This document shows, piece after piece, positions 48,083 to 59,072 of a stretch of DNA of 63,173 nucleotides. Within the stretch, counting starts at the first letter, position 1, and the number at the start of each line of letters is the position of its first letter. The translations under genes and the position numbers were made by a program. The notes beneath the pieces are model-generated. The model was not told where the DNA came from and did no database searches. It saw only the letters and a list, made by a program, of their open reading frames with translations. This DNA comes from Alphaproteobacteria bacterium. Lineage in GTDB: Bacteria; Pseudomonadota; Alphaproteobacteria; RF32; CAG-239. The DNA is taken from NCBI GenBank assembly GCA_017470585.1, contig JAFUYI010000006.1, positions 1 through 63,173 of the forward strand. The letters run 5' to 3'.

Positions 48083-49196
48083 TGAGTGCTTCCCCTTTTA
48101 TGACTTTTTGCGTAACATCGGCAAGCCGCTTATCGGCATCAATAATAGCAAATTTTTTGGTGTTGGCGGAAAAATCGGCAAGTATTTTGGGAGCATTTAT
48201 GAGTTTTTGCAAGACATCGGCAAGCCTTTGTGCGCTGAAATCTTTTTGTTCTATAACCAGCCCTGCCTGATTGAAAATAAAATCGCGGGCGTTTGCCGAT
48301 TGGTGATTATCGGCGGCTGTCGGCAAAGGTACCAGAACGCAAGGTATTGCCGCCGCAGCTATTTCACTGATGCTGGAAGCCCCCGCCCGTGAAATTATCA
48401 GATGTCCGCAAGCATACAGTTCGGCCATATTATCAAAAAACGAATCAATGGTAACATTGGCGCATTTAAGTTCGGTGTATTTTTTTTGCAGTTCTTCAAC
48501 TTCCTCTTTGCGGCATTGCTGTACCACATCCAAACGCGCCTGCAGATTTTCCGGCAGTATTCTTATGACCTCGGGTATGACATCACCGAAAATTTTGGCT
48601 CCCTGTGAACCGCCGAAAATAAGAAGTTTGAAAAGCTTGTCCTCACCGGGCGGCGTATAGGTAAGGTTTGCCAAGTCGCTTATGGAGGCACGCACCGGCA
48701 TTCCGGTCAAAATTGATTTGTCTTCTCTTGCGTAAAGGGTGTTTTTGCTGCTCAAAGCCACGGCTGAAGCATATTTTTGCATAATCCGGTTAGTACGGCT
48801 CATAACGGCATTTTGCTCGTGGATGATAAGTTTTTTACGGCATATTGCCGCCGCCAAAGTGCAGGGAAAGGCGGCATATCCGCCAAACCCCACCACACAC
48901 AGCGGTTTATAGCGGATAATAATATATATTGATTGCAGAACTCCCAACGCCAGCTTAAACAGGCTTTTAATCTTAAACCATTTACTTTTGCCCATCACGG
49001 CACCGCTTAAAACCGCACGGTTTTCAATTTCGCCTAATTTGCCGCGGTAGTTGTTTAAGCCCCGCTTGTCGGTTACAAGCATTAAGCGAAAGCCGCGGCG
49101 GCTCAATTCCTGTGCCAAGGCTTCCGCCGGATAAACGTGTCCTCCGGTTCCGCCGGCAGTCAATATTATAAGAGGCTGTTTTTTATCAGACATCAT
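48075..49196 (-). CDS. murG: Undecaprenyldiphospho-muramoylpentapeptide beta-N-acetylglucosaminyltransferase
   Basis: ILTAGGTGGHVYPAEALA..ISRAGASSISE. The start is at 49196 or 49193. Confidence 0.95.
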   Translation of the reverse strand: MMSDKKQPLIILTAGGTGGHVYPAEALAQELSRRGFRLMLVTDKRGLNNYRGKLGEIENRAVLSGAVMGKSKWFKIKSLFKLALGVLQSIYIIIRYKPLCVVGFGGYAAFPCTLAAAICRKKLIIHEQNAVMSRTNRIMQKYASAVALSSKNTLYAREDKSILTGMPVRASISDLANLTYTPPGEDKLFKLLIFGGSQGAKIFGDVIPEVIRILPENLQARLDVVQQCRKEEVEELQKKYTELKCANVTIDSFFDNMAELYACGHLIISRAGASSISEIAAAAIPCVLVPLPTAADNHQSANARDFIFNQAGLVIEQKDFSAQRLADVLQKLINAPKILADFSANTKKFAIIDADKRLADVTQKVIKGEALNV

Positions 49197-50313
49197 CTTT
49201 ATCCTCCGCATGAACATTTTTTCTGGTGATGGCAATAAGCATACCCATTCCCAAAGCCGTGGCGATAATCGAGGAACCGCCGTAGGATATAAAAGGCAGG
49301 GTCATGCCCTTGGTGGGAATAAGGTGCAGGGTCGAGGCCATATTGATTATGGATTGCAATCCGAATGAGGCTGCCAATCCCGAGGCCGATAAAATAATAA
49401 AAAGGTTGTTATCCTTGCAGGACAATACCAGCGAGCGCACAACAATTACCGCATAGAGTATTATAATAAATAAGCATAAAAATACTCCGTATTCTTCGGC
49501 GGCAACCGCGTAGATAAAATCGGTGTGTGCATCGGGAATATGCGATCTTACAATTCCTTCTCCGGGACCGCGTCCGAAAAGATTTCCGCTTTGAAAGGCC
49601 TCAAGGGACTTTTTGACCTGAAAAGACAATTCGCCGTTAGAGGCAAAAAATTGGTGAAACCTTACCTGAAAATGCGGAAACAGAAAATATGCGGCAATCA
49701 GTCCGCCCATGCCCATCACGGCAAGCACCGCCACCAAAATTATAGGAAGCCCGCTCAAATAAAATTGAAATCCCCAAACCAAGGTGATAACGAAAGTCAT
49801 TCCCACATCGGGTTGAATTACAATCAATCCTGCGGTTAAACAGAATAAAAGAGTTGAAATCCAGTGTCCGGGAAATTCGCTGTGCTGCCGATGTCCGGCA
49901 AAAAGCCATGCCGCCGTAACAATGAAAAAAGGTTTCACAAACTCGGAGGGTTGGAGAGAAAATCCGCATAAACTTATCCAACGCGCCGCTCCCTTATTTG
50001 CCTCTCCGGTAATAAAAGTCAGCATTACCAGAAAAATGGCTACCAAATATCCCACCAAGGACATCCGGCGGATAATTTTCAGTCTTTGCATGGAGATAAA
50101 AATCATAACTCCGAAAGCAATCGGGGCAAAAAATAAATGCCGCTTAATGAAGTGATAGTTGCCGTAACCGATTCGTGTTGCCACGGCGGGAGAAGCTGAA
50201 AAAGTCAGAAAAATGCCTATGAGCATAAGTGCGCATATACATATCAATATAGTCTTATCTACCGTCCACCACCAGTTGGTCAAACGACTCCGATTGCTGT
50301 GCGAGCTTAACAT
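49186..50313 (-). CDS. ftsW: Peptidoglycan glycosyltransferase FtsW (SEDS family)
   Basis: Polytopic membrane protein. ..PDAHTDFIYAV..PTKGMTLPFISYGGSS. TGATG overlap with mraY. Confidence 0.93.
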   Translation of the reverse strand: MLSSHSNRSRLTNWWWTVDKTILICICALMLIGIFLTFSASPAVATRIGYGNYHFIKRHLFFAPIAFGVMIFISMQRLKIIRRMSLVGYLVAIFLVMLTFITGEANKGAARWISLCGFSLQPSEFVKPFFIVTAAWLFAGHRQHSEFPGHWISTLLFCLTAGLIVIQPDVGMTFVITLVWGFQFYLSGLPIILVAVLAVMGMGGLIAAYFLFPHFQVRFHQFFASNGELSFQVKKSLEAFQSGNLFGRGPGEGIVRSHIPDAHTDFIYAVAAEEYGVFLCLFIIILYAVIVVRSLVLSCKDNNLFIILSASGLAASFGLQSIINMASTLHLIPTKGMTLPFISYGGSSIIATALGMGMLIAITRKNVHAEDKDDV

Positions 50314-51338
50314 CAATTACCTCCCGTAACAAGTGCAAGCAAACTTAAAACCGCGGCCGCCCAAGCTATAATCCAAAATCTCATCACAACCAGAGTTTCA
50401 CTCCATCCCTTCTGTTCGAAATGGTGATGAATCGGAGCCATTAAGAAAACTCTTGTTTTGGTTCTTTTATACCAAAAAACCTGAATCATAACCGAAAGAG
50501 TTTCAATAACAAAAATTATTCCGGCAACGGCAAGCAATACTTCCTGTTTTAAAAGTACCGCGATGGTGCCGAGCAATGCTCCCAAGGCAAGCGAGCCGGT
50601 ATCTCCCATAAATATTTTGGCAGGTTTTGCGTTAAACCACAAAAATCCCATACAGGCACCGCAAACAGAAGAGCAAATAACGCTTATGCTCGGGAAAGGC
50701 AGAAAAGCATAATATCCGTATCCGACCACAAAAGCAATCACTCCGAAAACCGAAAATACGGGGATTAAAAGTCCTGCCGCCAGTCCGTCCAAACCATCGC
50801 TCAAATTTACGGCGTTGGATGTTCCGGCAATCACCAGCATAACAAAAGGAATATAAAAATACCACAAATTGAGTGTAAGGTTTAAAAAGGGGATTAAAAT
50901 GCTGAATTTCAAACTGGGGGAATAGTAATATACACTAAAGCAAGCTACCAACGCGGCAACCGTAAATTGAACGGCAAGTTTGGCTTTTGCGGTCATGGCA
51001 TCGGGGGTATGTTTTTTTACTTTGATGTAGTCATCAAAAAAACCCGTTGCCCCGAAAACACTCAATACCCCCAAACATACCCAGGTTGCGGTTTGGTGCC
51101 AGTCGGCAAAGAGCAGGGTTGAGATGATGACAGCGGCAATAATAAGCAATCCGCCCATAGTCGGCGTTCCTTTTTTTGCTATATGGCTTTGAGGGCCGCA
51201 ATCTCTTATCGGTTGCCCATCATGCTGCCAAGAGTGCATAAAGTTAATAAATTTAGTGCCGCAGGCAAGCATAATCAAAAGTGAGGCAAAAAACGCCGAA
51301 ACGTCGGCAGTGTAAGGATTTAAAAAGCTGTATAACAT
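50313..51338 (-). CDS. mraY: Phospho-N-acetylmuramoyl-pentapeptide-transferase
   Basis: MLYSFL.., ..KKGTPTMGGLLII.., NAVNLSDGLDGLA and MGDTGSLALG. ATG at 51338 is preferred over TTG at 51383. Confidence 0.95.
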   Translation of the reverse strand: MLYSFLNPYTADVSAFFASLLIMLACGTKFINFMHSWQHDGQPIRDCGPQSHIAKKGTPTMGGLLIIAAVIISTLLFADWHQTATWVCLGVLSVFGATGFFDDYIKVKKHTPDAMTAKAKLAVQFTVAALVACFSVYYYSPSLKFSILIPFLNLTLNLWYFYIPFVMLVIAGTSNAVNLSDGLDGLAAGLLIPVFSVFGVIAFVVGYGYYAFLPFPSISVICSSVCGACMGFLWFNAKPAKIFMGDTGSLALGALLGTIAVLLKQEVLLAVAGIIFVIETLSVMIQVFWYKRTKTRVFLMAPIHHHFEQKGWSETLVVMRFWIIAWAAAVLSLLALVTGGN

Positions 51339-51474
51339 CAGATTTTCCCGAATTTTATTATTTTCTGCCACAATAGCCGCCAATGTCTAAAAATTTGATT
51401 AAGATTGCGGCTTGAATTGCCGATAAGTCAAATTATTTAAAACTTTAAGCTTTAACCCCAAAGAAAGAAAAGAA

Positions 51475-52572
51475 ATGAAGAACAAAAAAATCGGATGGCT
51501 GGCGGGAGTTTTTGTAATTAGCGGCATTCTTTGGTATGCCGCATCATCTTTTAAGAAAGAAAATCCGCCGGAGTTAAAAGAAAAAGAGATTGAGGCCGTT
51601 GCCGTCAAAGCAGAAAATACACTCATTAAGAAGTCATATATCGGTTATGTTACCCCTGTAAACGCTGTTGATGTGCGCCCGCAAATAAGCGGTTTTATCA
51701 AAGAAGTTCTAATCTCCGGAGGACAAAAAGTTAAAGCCGGCGATAAGCTTTTGGTTATTGATCAAAGAAGTTATGAGGCAACACTTGAAGCCGTGTCGGC
51801 AGCGGCAGATAAAGCGTCTGCGGAATATCTTTTTGCCAAAGACTATTATGAGCGGGTGGAAAAAGCCGGAGATAAGGCTTTTTCTCTAAACGAAATCAAG
51901 GATGCCAAAACCAAATATCTGGCGGCACAGATGACATTAAAACAGGCTTTATCCGAGGTTAAAAAAGCCGAAGTTGATTTGAGCTATACCGTAATTTATG
52001 CCACTATTGACGGGATAAGCGGCAATATCGGGTTAAGCGTGGGCGATTATATTTCACCGCAGGCAAAGCTTTTTGAAATTATTCAAACCGATCCGATTCG
52101 CGTTGTGTTTTCCATCACCGATAAAGATTATTTAAGCGAAAGCAGACTTCCGAGAATGTTTGAAAACGAGAAAATAACCGTCACTCTTGCCGATGGCAGC
52201 ATATATCCTTATAAAGGGGTTTTCGGTTATGCCGACAATAAAATAGACCGTGCAACCAATGCCGTGGCAGTTTATGCCGATTTTGCCAACCCGAGAGGCG
52301 AGCTTATAAGCAATGCGTATGTTACGGTTGACATTGAAAAACAATACCGCGGCGTTGTAATTGCCAAAGATTTGGTTAACCTCAATCCGGAGGGCAATTT
52401 TGTTTATGTTGCGAAAAACGGCAAAATCAGCAGGCATACGGCGGAGATTGTGAGCGATTACGGCAATAATTATGTTTTAAACAATAATTTTACTGCAGAT
52501 ATGAGTTTGATTAAAAGCAAAATTACACCGCAAGACTTAATGCGCCCTTATAAAATAGTAAATCGCTCTTAA
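51475..52572 (+). CDS. Efflux RND transporter periplasmic adaptor subunit
   Basis: ..[34 protein letters not shown].. (biotinyl/lipoyl-like plus coiled coil). Confidence 0.9.
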   Translation: MKNKKIGWLAGVFVISGILWYAASSFKKENPPELKEKEIEAVAVKAENTLIKKSYIGYVTPVNAVDVRPQISGFIKEVLISGGQKVKAGDKLLVIDQRSYEATLEAVSAAADKASAEYLFAKDYYERVEKAGDKAFSLNEIKDAKTKYLAAQMTLKQALSEVKKAEVDLSYTVIYATIDGISGNIGLSVGDYISPQAKLFEIIQTDPIRVVFSITDKDYLSESRLPRMFENEKITVTLADGSIYPYKGVFGYADNKIDRATNAVAVYADFANPRGELISNAYVTVDIEKQYRGVVIAKDLVNLNPEGNFVYVAKNGKISRHTAEIVSDYGNNYVLNNNFTADMSLIKSKITPQDLMRPYKIVNRS

Positions 52573-52591
52573 AATCGGAGGTTGGATAAAG

Positions 52592-55500
52592 ATGTTTTCG
52601 CAGTATTTTATCAATCGCCCGCGTTTTGCCGCCGTCATCGCTATTGTGATGATAATGTTGGGATTGTTAGCCATTGCCGTCTTGCCGGTGTCGCAATATC
52701 CGCAGATAACTCCGCCGCAGGTCGTGGTTTCCGCTGCCTATCCCGGGGCAAGTGCGCAAGTCGTGGTTGATACAGTGGCAATTCCGATTGAAAACCAAAT
52801 CAACGGTGTTGAAAATATGCTGTATATGAGTTCAAGCGCAAATGATGAAGGGAGTTATAAATTAACCGTAACTTTTAAAATCGGAACCGATCCCGATATT
52901 GCACAGGTTAAAGTTCAGAACCGCCTCAATCAGGTAATGTCGCAACTTCCCGAAATTGTGCAGCAGCAAGGATTGGAAGTAACAACCCAAATATCAAATA
53001 TGTTGGCAATGCTGGTCTTGCGATCGCCAAATGAGAGCTTTGACAACCTTTATTTGAGTAACTTTGCCCACGCCAATCTTAAAAATCCCTTGGGACGTAT
53101 TGAGGGCGTGAGCAATGTGCAGATTTTCGGACCGCAATACAGTATGCGTGTTTGGCTCAATTCACCGAAAATTGCCTCATTAGGGTTAAACAGCACGGAC
53201 ATTATAAACAAGATAAAAATGCAAAATACACAGGCTTCATTGGGGAGTATCGGTTCCGCTCCTGCCGAGAGGGGCGAAAATATGGTTTTAAGCATAACCG
53301 CCAAGGGACTTTTAAACAGCGTTGAAGACTTTCGCAATATAACGGTTGCCACTTCTTCCGACGGCGGACTGGTTAAATTATCCGATGTTGCCAAAATTGA
53401 GCTGGGTGCCGACAGTTATACCATGAACGCTGCGTTTGATAATTCTCCGGCGGTGATAATGTCGTTAAGTCAGGCTCCGTCCTCCAATTCGCTGGAAATT
53501 ATGAAAGATGTTGCCGCAGAGATTGAGGAACTCTCTCAAACTTTCCCTGCGGATATGGAATTAAAAATTGCTTATGATTCAACTTCTTATGTTCGGGCTT
53601 CCATAGACGGTATTATTGAAACATTGGTTATTACTTTCCTGCTGGTGGTACTGGTAACTTATATTTTCTTGCAAAAAACCGCTACAACATTTATTCCTTT
53701 GATCACCATTCCGGTTTCATTGACGGCAACGTTTGCGGTTTTGTATGTTTTGGGGTTTGATATTAACATTTTAACCCTGTTTGCAATGATTTTGGCTATC
53801 GGCTTGGTGGTTGACGATGCCATAATTGTTGTGGAACGTGTGCAGTATCTGATGATTAGTGAAAAAATGGATTCACATGCCGCCTCCTTAAAGGCCATGA
53901 AACAAATCGGCAGCGCGGTGGTGGCAACGACTTTTGTGTTGCTCTCGATTTTTGTTCCGGTGGGACTGATGATAGGCATCACCGGCAAGATTTACCAGCA
54001 ATTTGCTGTTGCTATTTCGGCGGCAGTGGTCTTTTCGGCGTTCAATGCATTGACTTTGTCACCGGCACTGTGTGCCATTCTGCTCAAAAAAGACCATCCC
54101 GTTACCGGTATGCCGGCAAGATTTTTCTCTCTTTTTGACAAGACCATTGATTATTTTAAAAAACATTACTTGACTTTGGTTGAGTTTTTTGTTTCGCATA
54201 TTAAAATAACCGTTATCGTCACCATCATAGCCATAGCTTTGATGATTACCGGTTTGAGAATAATTCCGACATCATTTCTGCCGGAAGAGGACCAAGGCAT
54301 TATTTTCGGGGATATAAAACTTCCCGAAACCGCAAGTATGAATCAAACACAGGAATATCTCCAAAAAATCGGCGAAAAAGTGCAGAAAATTCCCGGAGTG
54401 GAATATTTTATAAGTGTTGCCGGATACAGTATGTTGGGAGGCTCCGGCGAAAATACCGCGCTTTTGGTGGCAGGCTTGAAGCCTTGGGATGAGCGCGACA
54501 GCGACGATATGTCGCTTGAAGCGATAAATCATAAATTAAGCTCCGAAATAGTTTCCGAAAACGGTACGGAAGTAAACTTTTTTGCTCCTCCGTCCATTCC
54601 CGGAATAGGTAACAGCGATGGTTTGAGCTTGGAATTTTTGGCTCTTGATGCTCAAGTTTCCTCAACGGAATTTTTTAACAATTTGGAGAAATTTTTGACC
54701 GCTCTCAATCAGAATCCCGCTCTTGATTATGCTTTCAGTGTATATGCCGATGATGCTCCGCATATTTACCTTGATATTGACCGCTTAAAACTTGAATCAT
54801 ACGGAATTGAGGTTGGAGATTTGTTCCAAGCTTTACAGAACAACCTCGGCTCGCGTTATGTTAACAATATAACTCTTTTCGGACAGGTTAATAAAGTTAT
54901 AGTGCAGGCTGATTTTGACTATCGCCGCGGGATTGAAGATGTTAAAAACCTTTACATTCGCTCATCTTCGGGGAATATGATTAAGCTGGAGAGTTTTGCC
55001 GATGTCAAAATTGCTTTATCACCCAAAATCATCAAACGCTATAATCAATATCAAGATGCTTCCGTTGTGGCACAAAGTGCAGCTTCCAAAAGCAGCGGCG
55101 AGGCAATCACCGCAGTCAAAGAAAGTGCCTCTCAAACCCTTAACCCCGAACAGTTCGGTATATCGTGGACGGGATTAAGCCTGCAGGAAGTTCAATCGCA
55201 AGGCTTGGTTTCATTTCTGATTATGCTTGCGCTTGCTTTCTGCTATTTGTTTTTGGTTGCGTTGTATGAAAGCTGGATGTTGGCGTTTGCGGTTATGTTC
55301 TCAACGATTTTTGCCATCTTGGGAGCCTTGTTCGGATTGTTTGTAACCAATCACCCGTTATCAATTTATGCCCAATTGGGATTGGTAATGTTAATAGGAT
55401 TAGCCGCCAAAAATGCGATTCTGATTGTTGAATTCAATAAAGACTACCGCGATAAGGGCGATTCAATACTGCAAGCCTCATTGAAAGGTGCCGGAGAACG

Positions 55501-55735
55501 TTTCCGCGCGGTTCTGATGACGGCTTTAACCTTTATTTTGGGCGTATTTCCCATGATTATCGCCCACGGTGCCGGTGCGGCAAGCCAGATAGCCATCGGT
55601 ACGGCTGTTTTCTATGGGATGATAGGGGCAACATTCGTGGGTATAATTTTTATTCCGGCATATTTTGCCTTGTTTGAACATATCAAAGAGTATTTTAACT
55701 CCGCAAAGGAGAGGGACAATGCTGAAAATCTGTAA
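52592..55735 (+). CDS. Efflux RND transporter permease (AcrB/HAE1 family)
   Basis: 1047 aa. [38 protein letters not shown]. Confidence 0.96.
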   Translation: MFSQYFINRPRFAAVIAIVMIMLGLLAIAVLPVSQYPQITPPQVVVSAAYPGASAQVVVDTVAIPIENQINGVENMLYMSSSANDEGSYKLTVTFKIGTDPDIAQVKVQNRLNQVMSQLPEIVQQQGLEVTTQISNMLAMLVLRSPNESFDNLYLSNFAHANLKNPLGRIEGVSNVQIFGPQYSMRVWLNSPKIASLGLNSTDIINKIKMQNTQASLGSIGSAPAERGENMVLSITAKGLLNSVEDFRNITVATSSDGGLVKLSDVAKIELGADSYTMNAAFDNSPAVIMSLSQAPSSNSLEIMKDVAAEIEELSQTFPADMELKIAYDSTSYVRASIDGIIETLVITFLLVVLVTYIFLQKTATTFIPLITIPVSLTATFAVLYVLGFDINILTLFAMILAIGLVVDDAIIVVERVQYLMISEKMDSHAASLKAMKQIGSAVVATTFVLLSIFVPVGLMIGITGKIYQQFAVAISAAVVFSAFNALTLSPALCAILLKKDHPVTGMPARFFSLFDKTIDYFKKHYLTLVEFFVSHIKITVIVTIIAIALMITGLRIIPTSFLPEEDQGIIFGDIKLPETASMNQTQEYLQKIGEKVQKIPGVEYFISVAGYSMLGGSGENTALLVAGLKPWDERDSDDMSLEAINHKLSSEIVSENGTEVNFFAPPSIPGIGNSDGLSLEFLALDAQVSSTEFFNNLEKFLTALNQNPALDYAFSVYADDAPHIYLDIDRLKLESYGIEVGDLFQALQNNLGSRYVNNITLFGQVNKVIVQADFDYRRGIEDVKNLYIRSSSGNMIKLESFADVKIALSPKIIKRYNQYQDASVVAQSAASKSSGEAITAVKESASQTLNPEQFGISWTGLSLQEVQSQGLVSFLIMLALAFCYLFLVALYESWMLAFAVMFSTIFAILGALFGLFVTNHPLSIYAQLGLVMLIGLAAKNAILIVEFNKDYRDKGDSILQASLKGAGERFRAVLMTALTFILGVFPMIIAHGAGAASQIAIGTAVFYGMIGATFVGIIFIPAYFALFEHIKEYFNSAKERDNAENL

Positions 55736-57095
55736 AATACTACCGCTTTTTTGGTTGATTTCCTGCACTCTCGGTCCGGAATATCAGGCTCAAGATTTTT
55801 TCGGCACTTCCGAGCCTCAAAATACAATCACGATTAGCCGGCAATGGTATAAAGTGTTTGCCGATGAAAAGCTTAATTCCTTGATTGAGGAGGCATTAAG
55901 ACGTTCACCCGATGTTAAAATCGCTATATCAAGATTACAACAGGCGAGGTATCTGCTGGAAATTAAAAAAGTTGATTATTTTCCTAAAGTTGACGGTGCT
56001 GCCGCCTATAATTATGCGTTTGCGCCCGAGTACGGCGAAACAGGCAGCTCCGGCAGTTATTTTAAACTCGGACTTGATGCGGTTTGGGAGCTTGATATAT
56101 GGGGTAAGGGGCGCAGGCAAACCCAAAGATATGCCGCCCTCTATCAGGCTTCAATAAATAATTTGGAAAACACATCTTTGACTTTGGCGGCTGAAGTTGC
56201 CAACAATTATGTTTTATTGCGCACCACGCAGGAACAACTGCGGATTGCCGAAGAAAACCTTAAAACCGAGCGGGAAATTTTACAGGCGGTACAAAAAAAA
56301 TACCAAAACGGTATGAGTGATGAAACGGCCTTACAACAGGCAGAATTTGCACTTCAGACTACTCAATCAACGATTCCTGTGCTTCAATACCGGAAATCGG
56401 CTTATGAAAATGCGATTTTGTTGCTTTGCGGCAGGATTCCCGATGATAAAAATGATTTGGAAAATATAAAGGGCGGACTTGATGTCAGAAACTTTCGGAT
56501 TGATTACCTTAAATTAAAGCAAACACCGCTGAATGTAATTCGTAACCGTCCCGATGTTAAAGCCGCCGAACAGCAGCTTATTGCCAAAAATGCCGCCATA
56601 GGTGAGGCAATAGCGGCAATGTTTCCCTCCGTCGGATTAAGCGCGCTCTTGGGACGGCAGGCGCATACGGTTAAATCTTTGGATAATTCCCGACAGGCTT
56701 CTTACGGATATGCCGCCGATATTACGACTCCGCTTTGGCATTGGGGAGAGATGCTGAAGCAGGTAAAATTAAGCCGTGCCGAGAAGGAAGAATATTTTTA
56801 TCTTTACCAAAACAGTGTGTTGACGGCGGCAAACGAACTGCAGAACAGTTTGAATGCCCTCGAACAGGAAATAAAGCGGCGGGAGCTGTTGCAAAAAGCC
56901 GCCTTGAGCATGGAAAAGATATTAAAAAGCCAACGTCTTAAATATGATGAAGGTTTAATTGAGTTCAGTGATCTGCTTTATTCCGAACAAAACCTTTTGA
57001 AATCCCGAGACGATTTGGCGCAAAGTTTCGGAGCGGTATGCCAAAATCTTATCGGATTCTATAAATCCGCCGGCGGAGGTATGGGTAATCCTTGA
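55719..57095 (+). CDS. Efflux transporter outer membrane factor lipoprotein (NodT family)
   Basis: Lipobox LFWLISC. Two OEP repeats. RBS AAGGAGAGGG. The start overlaps the pump gene by 17 nt. Confidence 0.9.
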   Translation: MLKICKILPLFWLISCTLGPEYQAQDFFGTSEPQNTITISRQWYKVFADEKLNSLIEEALRRSPDVKIAISRLQQARYLLEIKKVDYFPKVDGAAAYNYAFAPEYGETGSSGSYFKLGLDAVWELDIWGKGRRQTQRYAALYQASINNLENTSLTLAAEVANNYVLLRTTQEQLRIAEENLKTEREILQAVQKKYQNGMSDETALQQAEFALQTTQSTIPVLQYRKSAYENAILLLCGRIPDDKNDLENIKGGLDVRNFRIDYLKLKQTPLNVIRNRPDVKAAEQQLIAKNAAIGEAIAAMFPSVGLSALLGRQAHTVKSLDNSRQASYGYAADITTPLWHWGEMLKQVKLSRAEKEEYFYLYQNSVLTAANELQNSLNALEQEIKRRELLQKAALSMEKILKSQRLKYDEGLIEFSDLLYSEQNLLKSRDDLAQSFGAVCQNLIGFYKSAGGGMGNP

Positions 57096-57283
57096 AAAAA
57101 ACTTCGGGCAAAAACTTTCAAAAGCCCGCAACCGCCTAAAAATCAAGGCAATTTGTTTATAAGTGGGATTTTTTTATAAAAAAAGTATAATTTTTGTTGA
57201 CATCTTTTCAGATATAAGCCAAAATAAGCTCTGGGAAAATATAATTTAGACCGAATTTTATTTTTGAGAGAGCGAAGATAGAG

Positions 57284-58219
57284 ATGAAGATTAAGAACTT
57301 ATTGCCTTTGCTTGGAATATTAGGCGTTTTCGCATATCCTTGCCGCGCCGCCGTAACAACCGATTCGGTGACGGTGGATTTTGGTAAAATATATCAGCTT
57401 TTAAGTACGGCCTCAATTACTTTGGGGTATTCCGGAGAGCCTGCGCTTGCCGGAGCCGCTAAATCCTCAAGCTATACATACGCAGCCGGAACGGCGATTT
57501 TTAAGACGGACAACACAGACCCTGGCGTTGTTGAAACAATTGTTCCGAATGCGGAAACAGCAAGCGGCGTTATCAGCGGAACCAACTGCACCATAGAGGT
57601 TTCCAATGTTACTTTCAATCCGGCGGGTGTAGAGCTTACTGCGGCGGCGCAAACCCAAAACGTCACCGTCGGTGCCAAATTGAGCTTTTCCGGATTCTGC
57701 CGTGAAGGGACTTATAACGGAACTTTGAGCTTGCCTTATTCCATAACCCGAGGCGATTCTACTGCGGATGCTTCAACGCCGGTTAATATTCCCTTGACCA
57801 TCCAGATTGAGGAGCCGTTGAGCATTACCAAAGACAGCGAAATAAAATTCGGTAATGTTACCATTAACCCGATAAAGGCCGGAACGGTTGTTCTGTCTCC
57901 CGAAGGAACCGTTACCGCCAGTGACGGTATCAGTGTCGCCGGGGGAACGTATGCGGCGGGATCTGCTGTTATTAAGGGAGTCGGAGGCAGAACGGTTAAT
58001 ATCTCTCTTTCTGGTGATTCTGCGACTTTGAACGGAGTAAACGGCGGAACCATTATCGTGAACAATTTTAAAACCAGTCCTTCCGGTAGCTCGTTTACAT
58101 TGAGCGGGAGCGGGGCTGATGCCGAGCAAGAATTTAAAATCGGCGGTACCATGAATGTAGGAGTCGCTCAAAAGAAAGGCACCTACACCGGTAGTATAAC
58201 AGTTACTGTGGCTTATTAG
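57284..58219 (+). CDS. Secreted protein with two tandem DUF4402-like domains (candidate tip or major subunit)
   Basis: Signal peptide ..FAYPCRA|AVTT. Domain 2 is EIKFGNVTINP...GGTMNVGVAQKKGTYTGSITVTVAY. It shares the G(N/T)(V/I)TINP motif with the ten paralogs. Confidence 0.85.
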   Translation: MKIKNLLPLLGILGVFAYPCRAAVTTDSVTVDFGKIYQLLSTASITLGYSGEPALAGAAKSSSYTYAAGTAIFKTDNTDPGVVETIVPNAETASGVISGTNCTIEVSNVTFNPAGVELTAAAQTQNVTVGAKLSFSGFCREGTYNGTLSLPYSITRGDSTADASTPVNIPLTIQIEEPLSITKDSEIKFGNVTINPIKAGTVVLSPEGTVTASDGISVAGGTYAAGSAVIKGVGGRTVNISLSGDSATLNGVNGGTIIVNNFKTSPSGSSFTLSGSGADAEQEFKIGGTMNVGVAQKKGTYTGSITVTVAY

Positions 58220-58241
58220 TTTATAAGGAGAAAAAATTAAA

Positions 58242-59072
58242 ATGATAAAAAGACTTTTAATTACGTTGTTGTTGGTTAGTGCTTTTGCGACTCGTACGAG
58301 TGCCAATATCGGCGTTTTCCCGCAATCGGTAGATTTTGATGACAGTTCCAAAAAACGTTCTCAAACATTAAATGTTGTAAATCACTCGGATCACCCGCAG
58401 ACATACCGTGTCAGCGTTATCCAATATACTCAAGATGAAGACGGCAAATATACGGAAGTTGAAACAGCTCCGAATGCTGCCGCCAAATATCTGGTTTTTT
58501 CTCCGAAGCAATTCACGATTCGCCCCGGTAAAATTCAGGCTGTTCGCATTGCTCGTAAATCTCTCGGACAATTAAAAGACGGCGAATATGTATCGCACAT
58601 TAAAATCAGTGAAGTTGAAATGCCCAAAGTAAAGACTGCGGAAGATGAAAAGAAAGCCGCCGAGGCTAAAAAAGCCGCTGAAGAGGGCAATAATGAGGAA
58701 GCTGAAGATGAGGAAGAAACCGAAAGACAGCTTTCATTCTCTTTGAAGACGCTGTTTGCCATGAGTATTCCGGTTACTATCTATAAAGGTAATAATTTGG
58801 AACAAAAGACCTCTATTGAGAGTGTCAAGGTGAACGGCGATAAGGTTGATGTTGTATTAAAACGTCAAGGACAGATTTCATCGCGTGTAAACGTTGTTGT
58901 TTTGGACACTAAAGGCAATGAAATCGGCCGCAACGGTCCGTTGCGTATTTATACACCGAACGGAAAACGTAATGTATCCGTTCAACTGGACAAAGAAGCA
59001 AAAACTAAACCGGCTATTATAAGACTTGAAAATGCAGTTACAAAGAAAGAAATCCTGCAGAAACAAATCTAA
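58242..59072 (+). CDS. PapD-like periplasmic pilus chaperone
   Basis: Signal peptide, then IGVFPQSVDFDDSSKKRSQTLNVVNHSDHPQTYRVSV..FSPKQFTIRPGKIQAVRI.. A charged insert lies before the candidate G1 strand LSFSLKTLFAMSIPVTIY. Confidence 0.7.
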   Translation: MIKRLLITLLLVSAFATRTSANIGVFPQSVDFDDSSKKRSQTLNVVNHSDHPQTYRVSVIQYTQDEDGKYTEVETAPNAAAKYLVFSPKQFTIRPGKIQAVRIARKSLGQLKDGEYVSHIKISEVEMPKVKTAEDEKKAAEAKKAAEEGNNEEAEDEEETERQLSFSLKTLFAMSIPVTIYKGNNLEQKTSIESVKVNGDKVDVVLKRQGQISSRVNVVVLDTKGNEIGRNGPLRIYTPNGKRNVSVQLDKEAKTKPAIIRLENAVTKKEILQKQI

